NCBI GenBank assembly: GCA_964016885.1
Contig: OZ024758.1
Location: 32,302,001-32,366,000, forward strand
Source of the DNA: Eledone cirrhosa
Lineage: Eukaryota
Direction: 5' to 3'
DNA length: 64,000 bases
Made by a program: the position numbers and the translations under genes. The notes beneath the pieces were generated by a model. The model was not told the origin of the DNA, searched no databases, and worked only from the letters and a program-made list of their open reading frames with translations. How positions within the stretch are numbered: the first letter of the stretch is position 1; the number at the start of each line of letters is the position of its first letter. Shown here piece by piece: positions 26,951-39,251 of the stretch.

Positions 26951-28274
26951 TTAATGAAAGGTTCCATTCCAATGATGTTTACCCATACAAAACCATGGTA
27001 TGGAGACCTATATATAAGCAAAAAGCAAAGTTTCCATCTGTCTTGTTTTATACTTCTGTAATTAGAGTTTTTTCTCATTTAATTTTACTATATATATATT
27101 TTTATAAAGAAGTAAAGAAACAAGATTATGGGACATTCTACACTTTCCTAGCATGCTTAAAATAATTCTACATATATTTCTTTTATTGCTGAGAAGTCAA
27201 AACCCTAATAAAAATAATTATTTTTATGTAAAATTTTTTAAAAGCAAACTCTGAAACCAGTAACATTTGTGTATAATAAATGTTTCTTTTGAAGGAAATG
27301 TAAATATGTTACTCTGTGGTGATAAAAATATAAGCATAAGTACAAAATATATGAATACAATCAGTTCTTTTAATATATTCATCAATTAGATTGATATTCT
27401 AAAAATTATTTTTTAAAGTGTCCCATCACTAATTCACTCTCAAATACAACACACATAACATAATATATACATATATATATACATTTATATATATATGTAG
27501 ATATATATATATAAATTTATATATATACATATACATATGTGTGTGTATGTATATATATATATATATATTTATACACACACACATAGTATGAAACCAAAAT
27601 ATTATATAGTAATAATAATAATAATACAATGAATAAATTAAATGAGATACAAACAAAAAAAATGTTTATTTTAAAGTTTGGTGATAAATGTGTGCAAAAT
27701 GATATCATGAGCATTTAGACAGCTCAACAAACATGACTGAACAAAAATCAATGAGAAATCTTTGAAATATGATTGCAGAAGCACACATAACAAATGGAAC
27801 GAGAAAAAGAAAATATGAGACAGTGGAGGTGAGTTTATGAATATATATTTTTGTAACGAATGACATGCAGGTGTGAGAGGCAGGGGTGTTAGAAATGGAA
27901 ATCAGTGCAGAGAGACGAGACTAACCAGAGGTTAGCTAAATGCAACAATAGCAGGAAATAAAGACTTCATCTCAGCTATCACCTGTCATATAAAGAAACT
28001 ATTTTCATTTGATGAAAAGTCCAATAAATTTCTTTTGTAGTATTTTCTAAAATTCTAATCTATAACTAACATAAAAAAAAACTAGAAATTAAAAATATTA
28101 AAAAATCAGAAAAAAGAAAAAAGAATATAACAATTATTTATCCAAGACCAATTTAGGAAGGATGGTAAATAAAAAATTACAGGATAAATGGATGTTATGG
28201 CATCATTTAATATGTTGCTGATGTTAGTAATAATTCTATTTATTGAGAGGAGAGAAAGAACATGCTGTACTTAC

Positions 28275-28310
28275 AAGGAAACACCAATGCTGGCAATACT
28301 GGGCCGACGT
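28275..28310 (-). CDS. 36-nt microexon A of the SLC4 gene (RRPSIASIGVS)
   Basis: Minus strand reads ttcattgtcctgcttggttctag|ACGTCGGCCCAGTATTGCCAGCATTGGTGTTTCCTT|gtaagt. Phase 2-2, compatible with exon 6925-7177. Confidence 0.7.
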
Positions 28311-31300
28311 CTAGAACCAAGCAGGACAATGAATAGATGAAAGAAAAGTACCTTATTTGGCAATCAGCAAAGTTATATATGTATAATATATATACATACA
28401 TATATATACATATATATAACATATATAACATATATATACATACATATATATATATATATAACTTACTGAGATTGCATAATTTCTTTATAAAATCTATTTA
28501 CTAACAGGTATGTACCCACCATCGTTTTTTTTTTCAAATAAACATCCTCTAAACTATCAATAAATTTTTCTACTTTTGGCACAAGGCCAGCAATTACCCA
28601 GTACATTACTGGTACTTTATTTTATCGACCACGTAAGGGTGAAAGGCAAAGTTAACCTCGGCGGGATTTGAACTCAAACCGCAAAGGGCCGTAACTCTAT
28701 GCTGCAAAGCAGAGCATTCAACCCTCTACCGATACTGCCAACCCTATTAAACTATTAAAATAATGTCTTTATATTAGTTTTTTTATTACAAGTTTATTGA
28801 AATCTAGGATACATTAAAGGAACTGGTACTTTATTTTACCAACTCTTGAAGTATGAAAAACAAAGCTGACATTGTTGGGAGTTGAACTCAGAATATAAAA
28901 GAGTGTAACTAAATACTGCTGGTATTTTGTCTGATGCTTTAATGATTCTGTTAATCTACCACGTAAATATCATAGAGCTTCCCTTGTATGTGTTCTTTCA
29001 GTAATATTCTGAAATCAGTACACATGCATTTGATAAGACAACGAAAGATATTATTTTGAGGTGGATATACATAGATAAGTTGACCTTTAATCACTTATTT
29101 ATTAAAGGATAAAGAATGAGAAAACTAGCAGTCACACACAGTCAGTTTTATCCTGAAATTCTTCAAACAAAACCAAACTTATCAAGATTTTTTACAATGT
29201 CTCATATAAGATATATTCCTTCATATCAAGTACATGATACACATTTTGATATTAATATAGTATCTTGGGCATCTTTCTCCTCATCACACTCTTTCCCCCC
29301 CAAAAAAATACAGAGGATTCTTTAGCTCAGCAGAAAGAGACTAGCCAAAGTCAAGAAGACTATGTCTTGCTCATATGTTTGACTTTGGGTATGATTTCTA
29401 CAGCCGGATGTCTTTTCTAATACTAACCACCTTACAAAGTGCATTTTTATTGTGACTCTGCACTATCACTTTACAAAGTGTATTTGAAAAAAAGAGTGAG
29501 GATTCTTTAGCTTAGTAGAGAGAGACTGACCAAGGTAAAAAAGATCACATTTTGCTTATATATTTGATTTTTGGTATGATTTAGAGCTGAATACCCTTCC
29601 TTACAGCATACTGGGCAATGGGTTTATTTTATCGTAGCACCAGCACTATCACTTTACAAAGTGTACTAGGCATATTTTATCATGTCACTGGTACTATCAC
29701 TTCACAGAGTGTCTACCACTATAAGAATCAATAATGTAACAGGTGATAAATATGTTATGTGTTGCAGTAACCAGTTAGAAAATGTATGAAATATATTTAG
29801 ACAAGATGAATTGTAAAGGAAGTGTTTCTGATTTAAGAGATATATTTTAGTATGGAATTCTAAATTATGTAGCATGGATGAGATATTAAATGCAAGGAAT
29901 AATTCATAAGTACATTTTGAAAACATAAAATATTGATTTGACTGTAAGAGTAGTTAAAAATTTATGAATCAACATTACATTTATCAAATGATCATCTGTT
30001 GGATATGATATATGTACAGTTATAATTTTCAACCAAATAACTAGTTTGTATAATCATAATAACAAGTAATAATTAATATTAACTGTTAATAGTGTGTGTG
30101 TATATATATATAAACAAGAAGTGTAAGTCAACAGGTTAAAATTAACTTTGTTTATTCATATATATATATCATCATCATCATTTTACGTCCACTTTTCCCT
30201 GCTTGCAAGGGTGGGACGGGAACTGATTCTGGCTTGATTTCTACAGCTCGATACCCTTCCTAACACCAACCTCATTTACAGTGAGTGCTGGGTGCTTTTT
30301 TTACGTAGTGCCTACACATCCACTTTACAGTGAATGCTGGGTGCTTTTTTGCCATGGCACCTCCACGACCACTTTGCAGTGGAATGATAGGGACCCCATC
30401 TCATTTTTACAGCTGAGCAATGTGAAATAAAGTGTCTTGCTCAAGGAAACAACGCATCACCCGGTCTGAGAGTTGAACTCACAACCTTTTGATTGCAAGC
30501 CCAATGCTCTAACCACTAAGCCATGCGCCTTCACATATATATAATATATATATATATTTATATGTACTAACAATGTTAATAGTTGTATATATCAATATTG
30601 TGGTATCACCATTTGTTTGGATTTGTCTATACTGTATTCTTGATATTAACATCTATTAGTTTATCAGCGACAAATTGCCAGAAATATTAGAATGGTAAAC
30701 AAAATGCCTTGCAGTATTTATTTCAACTCCTTGCATTCTGAATTTGAATCCTAATGAGGTCAACTTTGGCATTCATCATTCTAGGGCTGATAAATTAAAT
30801 ACTAATTGATAGAATTGTAGAATCATTTGAGCATTTGAATGACTGGGTGCCTGGCAATATGGGTTCCAGGTCTTTGCATTCTTAGTGCAAGTCCTGCCAT
30901 GATCTACTTAGAGAGTGTCTTTAGTATTCAGACCAGGTTTCCAGCTTTTCTAACTCCCTCCCACCAATCTTTGAGGTCTTGCAAAAGATCATAGGCACTG
31001 TATTTTTGTCACTAAGTGAGGAGGGAAATTGACAGGATTTAAAAAAATTGTAGTTAAATTTCTAAAGACTAAACACTGTCTGCTCCATGAAAAAACAAAA
31101 GAGCAAAGTTAGGTAAAATCACAAAGAAAGTCAACTAAAGTAGATATTACACAACTGTGAGATACAATATCAGAGATTAACTGAAAATAACTTACAGAAA
31201 AATGTCCACAAAAACAATGCACTCTCATTGAGAGTAATCTTCAACAACTATTTTAGATTTGTGTGTTAGGGTAGGTTATATATATTAATAGAACAGTTTC

Positions 31301-32619
31301 ATTTCTTTTAATCATCTCTTATTATTTCATCTGTAGAGCTTTTAGCTTGAGATTTGCCTGGGTTCAAATTTCCCTTCAACTGAAAACACTTTCACCTTTC
31401 TCTCTAATTAGATGTACATACAAATACTTATTAAAACCAAATTAACTTCACAAGGCACATTAGACAATATAGTCATATTTAAATATTTCTGACAGAAAAG
31501 ACAAGATGGTCATGGCTAGAATGCCTTTGATTATATGCCTACTTCATCTGAACTGTAGCTCAACAGTAACAACATCATCATCAATAACAACAGCAGCATA
31601 TCATAATTCAAAGAATTGATAACACAAAACAAAAATCTAATTTGAGAATTGTTGAAAGAAAAGTGCATTTCAACCATATTATAAGAAATAGTATTTAGAT
31701 TTGTTTAACGAATTATTGTAACAGGATCAAAATTATATAACAAGCTAGCAAAGAATTCTGTGTTTAATTATACAAGATGTTTTTAAAAACAGTTATAAAA
31801 ATTGCTAAAAATGTTTTAGAAAGCTAGCACAATGCAAGCTGGAAAGAAAGGAGTGAAAATAAAAGCAAAATATAATAAAATAACAGTTTATATATTTACC
31901 TTATATTTTGATTGGGAAATAGATGGTGATAATGAGCTGGTATCTTTTGCACATTTGTGCAAATATCAAAATATAAGGTATAAGTGTAAAATCTTGTTTC
32001 ATTTTACATTTATTTATTTTTCTCTCCTTTATTTCCAACATGCATTGTACTGGATTTCTAAAACAATTTTAGCAAATTCAACTCAATCTTACATTGCTTC
32101 ATATGAACTACAATATGCAAATATATTATAGATATCTTATCATTTAAAGCTGCAGAAACCAATGAAAACCAACTTATTTGTAATTAAATTTCAAAACCAG
32201 ATTGTCATGTTGTTGAGTAAAATGTTATAAAATAAACACAAAGAAAGATTGGAACATAAAAATATAACTGAAAACTTCTAAGAAGGAAAAACTAAATGAT
32301 ATTAATAAATTAATATACAAGAAATAGAATTAAAACCATTTTTTGATCTAGATAAAGATATATATCTATAGAACATTTAAATTATCACAATGAAGACATT
32401 TAAAAAAAACAGCAAAGTAATTACTATGAATATAAATCAAGATTAATGAAATTGCTTGATATTCTTCTAAACTTCAGATATGATAAAATGATTCCACCTT
32501 TTAACTAGTTTGACAGGAAAACAATATAATTTTCTGGAAACTATGATATGAGTATATTTTCAAGAAGAATTCTATTTTCAAAATTCTAAATCTTAAACAA
32601 TGGTCAAGTTACCAATTGT

Positions 32620-33390
32620 CAAGACTTCTGAGGAGGATGAAATTCAATCCAAGATGTTAAAAGCCTTAAATAGAGGAAGTATTTTCTGGTTGACTTATGT
32701 GGAAAGGCACCTAAGCAATGGTAATTGGAAGTGATAATCACAATTTTCAAAAAGGGAGACAAGAAAGACAATTACAGAGGAATCTCCTTGTTAAGCCTGC
32801 CTAGTAAAGTCTATGCTAAATGTCCGGCAAAGATATGTAGGGATATTGTTGAGTCCAAGTTAGCTGATGAACAGTGCGGTTTTCACCTCGGATGCAGCAC
32901 AGCTGACCAAATATTCACACTGCAGCAAGTCTTTGAGAAATTGTTGGAGTATTGCCAAGAGGTGTATGCTTGTTTTGTAGATCTCAAAAAGGTCATATGA
33001 CAACATTCCACAGGGCCTGTTGTAAAAGGTTCTGCAGGAATAGAGGATCAATGGACAGCTTCTTGCTGATCTGGTGTCTCTATCTGAATGCCCTAGTATG
33101 TGTGTTCAGATAAATGGTACTACGTTAAAGCCATTTAATGTGGGTGTCGGACTATACCAAGGATGCATGCTGTCACCTCTCCCATTCATAATCTTCATGG
33201 ACAGGATTAAAATCTGCAGCTGGGTTGGAAGAAGTATCAAGACAGGTGGGTGTAGGATCAGTCAGCTGGAATTTGCAGATCATGGTACTAATTAACTCAT
33301 CAGAAGGTGATCTCTGACAGGCACTTGATAGGTTTGCTACCAAGTGCAGGAATTAAAATCAGTGCTGTGAAAACTGTGACACTCATCCTG
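32620..33390 (+). mobile_element. Degraded RTE-type RT fragment
   Basis: FKKGDK..NYRGISLLS, FVDLKK, GLYQGCMLSP, LEFAD. Confidence 0.8.
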
Positions 33391-34972
33391 TAAACGATAA
33401 GTCCTTCAGCTTCACTATGTAGAAATATTTTATGAAACATTCTTCAAATGTATGCTATACATTCAACATTGTCATCTAAAAGTCAGCATTTACATCACTT
33501 TTACAATAAAAATTGATTAGCTTTCTACTGTTTGACTTCTTTAGCAAAACAAATTATAAACTAAATTAAATATTCATTTAAATAACCAATAAAGTCTAAC
33601 TAAAAATATATTATGAATTATTTTTAAAGATTTTGATTAGAGTATATAAGATGCTTTATAATCATACCATAATTATATTTTCCATTAAGAGATAGAGAAT
33701 ATCACAAAACATGTGAACAACAAAAGAGACAGCATTTAAATGAAGCTCATAAATGTAGAAAATAATTTTTTTTAATTACAAGACAACTATGAAAGTAAAT
33801 ATATATATAGATATATATTAGAAAGAGCTGGGGCCCAATGGGTGAGCTCTTGCCATTTTGACAGATAATTCTAGACTAATATAGTCACACTCTACTATCC
33901 TAAGTATTGAGTACTCTGTAATGGTCTAACTAATTTAATACTGGTGTAATCCTGATATATAAAAAAGTCGATATCAAATATAGGGCTGTTGTAAAATTTA
34001 TATGCAATGGAATTATGAAATATGCTTATAAATTCCAAATGATATTTTCAGATCTTAGGAATTAAGAAGATAAAACTAATAAAAAAAAAATCCCAAAAGT
34101 TAGTCTCATATACTTTAAAATCCCTTTCACTGTATATGCAAATGTAAGAGTTTAGTAAAGATAGATTAATAATTTCAATAGACCAATGTTAAGTGTAGAA
34201 ACTGGAGACAAAAGTGGAGTATGACAATGTTTTATAGATTTATAGGATTTGTAATAGACAAGTGATTAAATTTATTTGTGGAAAAATTTGTGTATATAAC
34301 AAGGAGAAACTATACTTGTGTTGTGACGGTGTTGAATTTGTTTCGCAAGGTTTTTGATATGAAATCGAGTGTTGAAACAAATATTGTTATATTGGGGTTG
34401 TTATAATATTACCAGAAATATATAATTGTTTCTACTTTTGGCACAAGGCCAGCAATTATCCAGTACATTACTGGTACTTTATTTTATCGACCCCGTAAGG
34501 ATGAAAGGCAAAGTTAACCTCGGCGGGATTTGAACTCAGACCGTAAAAGGACGTAACTATGCTGGAAAGTATAGCGTCCGACTCTCTACTGATACTGCCA
34601 ATTCACCACCCCAGAAATATATAATAAAACACACTCACTGTTTGGTCAATCAATGATCAACATTGATTGCCAGCTAAATTAACTATAGGGATACAAAATA
34701 TACTGAAGTGAAAACCAACCCAAACCAAACAGTGAGTGTGTTTTATTATATATTTCTGGCAATATAACACGATGACCCTCCTCAAATATAAGAAACTATA
34801 CTAATAATAACTATATTCTTTTATTCTTGTTAGAATATTATTCTAATATCTATGTGTTTTAATGTATTACAATCACTTAATATAAATGAGTGAACACATG
34901 TACATGTATAGAAGTATATTTCAAGAGGTTGAAGAATATAGGCTTATGTGTGTGTGTGTTTATATATGCTTA

Positions 34973-35015
<43 letters not shown>

Positions 35016-35087
35016 TAACGAATGATGGTTATACTCACTCCCATTGATCTCCTATATATACATACATATTTACATACACATATATAA

Positions 35088-35158
<71 letters not shown>

Positions 35159-35192
35159 TATATATATACACACACATACATACATATACATA

Positions 35193-35630
35193 CGATGGCT
35201 CCAAACTCAAGTTCGAGCATTGCCATCGCCCGATAAAATGATCAAAATGTGATGCACCAATGTGGCTCTTTAAATCAGCCAAAGACTTGCACCCTCTGAC
35301 ACATACATAGCAACTGTAGGCTCTTCTGGGACTTTACACTGCTTGGTTCTGACTGTGTGTTCTCATGTGTCTTTTAAGACCTCCCATGCTAGCACTTTCC
35401 TTGCCACATTCCTCACACCTTTTCAGATCATAATCTACATGGGGTCTACTGATATGACTTTGTGTCTAGTCAAACCAGCTTTACTCAGGCAGACTTGACC
35501 CCAGTTCTGGCAAACCAGATGTTGTTCAACAGCAGGCAGTCTCTTTTCCTTACCTTCCTTTTCAGTGTTAGGTGTTCTCTCCGACGAGTTTCAAAGTGTT
35601 CACTACCTGACTTGATCAAACGTCTCCACT
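35193..35630 (-). mobile_element. RTE-BovB-like 3' fragment with C2H2 fingers
   Basis: Minus strand WRRLIKSGSEHFETRR and VCLSKAGLTRH; terminal motif ATGGCAATGCTCG...GAG...GCCAT resembles 42796-42832. Confidence 0.7.
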
Positions 35631-35826
35631 TTTACATATATAGATATGTATATATATATATATAAGTATGTATACGTACATACATATATGTATACAGACG
35701 TACAGTAGTATGTACGTATGTACGTACATTTATTATAATGCTCGGTGTGTTTGTAAACAAACGTCCCGAATTAAGCCGTAGTGTCCAGCAAACATCGTTG
35801 CTCATTTGTTCAACACTGACAAAGGA

Positions 35827-35868
35827 ACGCTGTACTAGTTTCAGCTTATTAGCTATCGTCAGCAACGT
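35827..35868 (-). ncRNA. Minimal type I hammerhead ribozyme motif
   Basis: Minus strand: ACGTTG-CTGACGA-TAGCTAATAAGCT-GAAA-CTAG-TA^CAGCGT. Confidence 0.8.
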
Positions 35869-36242
35869 ATACCTTCCTGCCAGATTGTTGAACGTATATA
35901 CTTACCTTATGCATATTAACGGCTGAGTAGCCCAATTTGCATATCGAGTGGGTTAATCGGCCGGGTGCACCGAAAACGATAAACGGAAAAAAATGAAACA
36001 AAATTTCATTTCCCACTCTTAGTACGGCTGTTACTTAAATATAAGTATGTACACGTACATATATGTATACAGACGTTCAGTAGTATGTATATATATATAC
36101 ATACATGCACACATATATATATGTACGTATGGATTCACCGAACATTTATTATAATGTTCGGTGTGTTTGTAAACAAACATCCCGTATTAAGCCGTAGTGT
36201 CTAGCTACCATCGTTGCTCGTTTGTTCAACACTGACAAAGGA

Positions 36243-36285
36243 ACGCTGTACTAGTTTCAAGCTTATTAGCTATCGTCAGCAACGT
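36243..36285 (-). ncRNA. Minimal type I hammerhead ribozyme motif
   Basis: Minus strand: ACGTTG-CTGACGA-TAGCTAATAAGCTT-GAAA-CTAG-TA^CAGCGT. Confidence 0.8.
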
Positions 36286-36495
36286 ATACCTTTCCTTATG
36301 CATATTAACGGCTGAGCAGCCTAATTTGCATATCAAGTGAGTTAATCGGTCGGGGTACCGAAAACAATAAACGTTTATCGTTTTCGGTACCCCGGCCGAT
36401 TAACTCACTCGATATGCAAATTAGGCTGCTCAGCCGTTAATATGCATAAGGAAAGTATATACTTTCAGACGTTCAACTATCTGGCAGGAAGGTAT

Positions 36496-36538
36496 ACGTT
36501 GCTGACGATAGCTAATAAGCTTGAAACTAGTACAGCGT
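36496..36538 (+). ncRNA. Minimal type I hammerhead ribozyme motif
   Basis: ACGTTG-CTGACGA(36502)-TAGCTAATAAGCTT-GAAA(36523)-CTAG-TA^CAGCGT; palindromic stem III ACTAGT. Confidence 0.8.
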
Positions 36539-36817
36539 TCCTTTGTCAGTGTTGAACAAATGAGCAACGATGTTTGCTGGACACTACGGCTTAATACGGG
36601 ATGTTTGTTTACAAACACACCGAGCATTATAATAAATGTTCGGTGAATCCATACGTACATATATATATGTGTGCATGTATGTATATATATATACATACTA
36701 CTGTACGTCTGTATACATATATGTATGTACGTTTACATACTTATATTTAAGTAACAGCCGTACTAAGAGTGGGAAATGAAATTTCGTTTCATTTTTTTCC
36801 GTTTATATATATATATA

Positions 36818-36849
<32 letters not shown>

Positions 36850-37276
36850 CATAATTTACCTTGGTCCCCCTTGAAATATATATAAAATAATTATGGTTTT
36901 ATAAATATAGTTTCCATTTATTAATATATTGTATATTTACTCCACTAACTTGTTGAGTGCTTTATATCAGTTATAAAAATAAAAATAAAATTTTAAGCTT
37001 GTTGAATCCCAGCAAATTAAATATAACCTCTGCATATATATATATACACATATATATATATACATTTATATATATACACACACATATATATATGTATATA
37101 TATATGTGTATATATATGTGTGTGTGTATATATATATATATATGTAGAGGTTATATTTAATTTGTTGGGATACAACAAGCAAAATATTTTTATAACTGAT
37201 ATAAAGCACTCAACAAATTATTGAAGTAAATATACAATATATTAAGAAATGGAAACTATATTTATAAAACCATATT

Positions 37277-37342
37277 TATTTCATTATACATATTTCAAGG
37301 GCCACCAAGGCAAGTTATGGTGGGCTTTCATCAGATAAAATA
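37277..37342 (-). ncRNA. Type I hammerhead motif in left arm of inverted repeat 37144-37583
   Basis: Minus strand: TATTTTAT-CTGATGA-AAGCCCACCA...TGGTGGCCCTT-GAAA-TATGTA-TA^ATGAAATA. Confidence 0.75.
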
Positions 37343-37474
37343 TAATATAGGTTAGTTTTATAAATAAATATTGACATACCCTGAAAAAATGCAACCATTC
37401 TGGTTGGAATCTCGTAGGATGGTTGCATTTTTTCAGGGCATGTCAATATTTATTTATAAAACTAACCTATATTA

Positions 37475-37540
37475 TATTTTATCTGATGAAAGCGCACCGT
37501 AATTTGCCTTGGTGGCCCTTGAATTATGTATAATGAAATA
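37475..37540 (+). ncRNA. Hammerhead motif with GAAA>GAAT core mutation (right arm)
   Basis: TATTTTAT-CTGATGA(37483)-stem II-GAAT(37521)-TATGTA-TA-ATGAAATA. Confidence 0.65.
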
Positions 37541-37720
37541 AATATGGTTTTATAAATATAGTTTCCATTTGTTAATATATTGTATATATATATATGTGTG
37601 TGTGTGTATATATATATGCATATACATTTACATGTATATATATATATATCTATCTATCTAGGGCGGGTAAAATTCTCGAGACACACACACATATATATAC
37701 ACACATATATATATATACAT

Positions 37721-37771
<51 letters not shown>

Positions 37772-37774
37772 TAT

Positions 37775-38440
37775 CATCATCATCGTTTTACGTCCGTTCT
37801 TCCATGCTAGCATGGGTTAGACGAGTTGTCCTGTTGTGAGCAGTGTCTGGTCGGCTGACCATGCCTTGCTCATACAGGAACTGATTTTGGCTTGATTGCT
37901 AAAGCTGGATGCCCTTCCTAACATCAACCTCATTTACAGTGATTGTTGGGTGCTTTTTTCCGTGGCGCCTACATGTCCACTTTACAGTGTGGGCTGGGTG
38001 CTTTTTTGCCGTGGCACCTCCACGACCACTTTGCAGTGGGAGGGTGTGGCGCAATTTTGTCTATATGCTTCAGCTTGTACCAATGGGAGGTCGGGTACTC
38101 TGTATTACTGTGTGAAGCCAGAGGTCACGGTCGTGTGCCATTGAGGTTTAATTGGGTAAGGTCGGCTTTTATCACCTCATCCCAGGTCTTCTTGGGTCTC
38201 CCCACTCCGCGGTTTCCATCGACTTCTAGTGCTCTTCACCTTTTTGTGCAACTGTCATCCTTCATATGCATCACATGTCCATACCAACGCAACCGCCTCT
38301 CCTGCACACAGCATTTGATTCCTCTAATGCTCAGTCTCTCTCTCAATTCATTTATGCTTTGTCGTTCGCGTATATTACATCCATCGGAGAATGCAGGCTT
38401 CGTTTCTTTCTAATCTACGTAAGTCTTCCACCTTCAGCGC
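37775..38440 (-). mobile_element. RTE LINE 3' fragment
   Basis: Reverse complement of the RRLRWYGHV...GRPKKTW region plus the shared 3' UTR and (ATG)n tail. Confidence 0.85.
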
Positions 38441-38876
38441 CTATACATATACATATATATATATACATATATATATGTAGTGGTTAGAGCATTGGCCTTG
38501 CAATCGAAAGGTTGTGAGTTCAATTCTCAGACCGGGTGATGTGTTGTTTCCTTGAGCAAGACACTTTATTTCATATTGCTCCAGTTTACTCAGCGGTAGA
38601 AATGAGATGATAGGGACCCCAGTCCCTATCATTCCACTGTAAAGTGGTCGTGTAGGTGCCATGGCAAAAAAGCACACAGCACTCACTGTAAATGAGGTTG
38701 GTGTTAGGAAGGGCATCCAGCTGTAGAAATCAAGCCAGAATCAGTTCCCGTCCCACCCTTGCAAGCAGGGAAAAGCGGACGTAAAATGATGATGATGATG
38801 ATGACATAAGGAAAAAAGATTAAATCGAAAATGCAACTGGAGTCTTTTTTTTTTTAAATATATATTTATTTGGTTC

Positions 38877-38909
38877 CTTTACCAGTTTCGCAGTTCTGCT
38901 TTTCAAAAG
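38877..38909 (-). ncRNA. Ultra-short hammerhead motif, U3-A8 variant (left arm of inverted repeat 38808-39098)
   Basis: Minus strand: CTT-TTGAAAA-GCAG AA CTGC-GAAA-CTGG-TA^AAG. The right-arm copy at 38994-39029 has G5>C; an intact copy lies at 62765-62805. Confidence 0.6.
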
Positions 38910-39251
38910 ATGAATTGAGATGGAGGGTCTGTGGTTTTTCTCACATCTGAGTGAGAAAAACCACAAATCCTCCATCTCAATTCTACAATTCTACTTTTCA
39001 AAAGCAGAAGAACTGCGAAACCGGTAAAGGAACCAAATAAATATATATTTAAAAAAAAAAAGACTCCAGTTGCATTTTCGCTTTCATCTTTTTTCCTTAA
39101 ACTTTCACTCGTGTAGGACACCTCGTTTCTTTTTCATTTTGTAAAAAAACCTCACTTTCTAATATAATGGCTATTTCTGGAGGTATATATGTATGTGTGT
39201 GTATGTATATATATATATATATATATATACATACACACATATATATATATA

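Larger units (their letters stand above)
35662..36805. repeat. ~380-bp unit present as two tandem copies plus one inverted copy, each with a hammerhead
   Basis: Direct repeats ~35662-36040 and 36041-36372; loopless palindrome centre ATAAAC|GTTTAT at 36372/36373. Confidence 0.9.

Noticed and set aside
27927-27983. Possible minus-strand exon (atatgacag|...|gttagt)
   Set aside because: Stops in all three frames and no SLC4 similarity.
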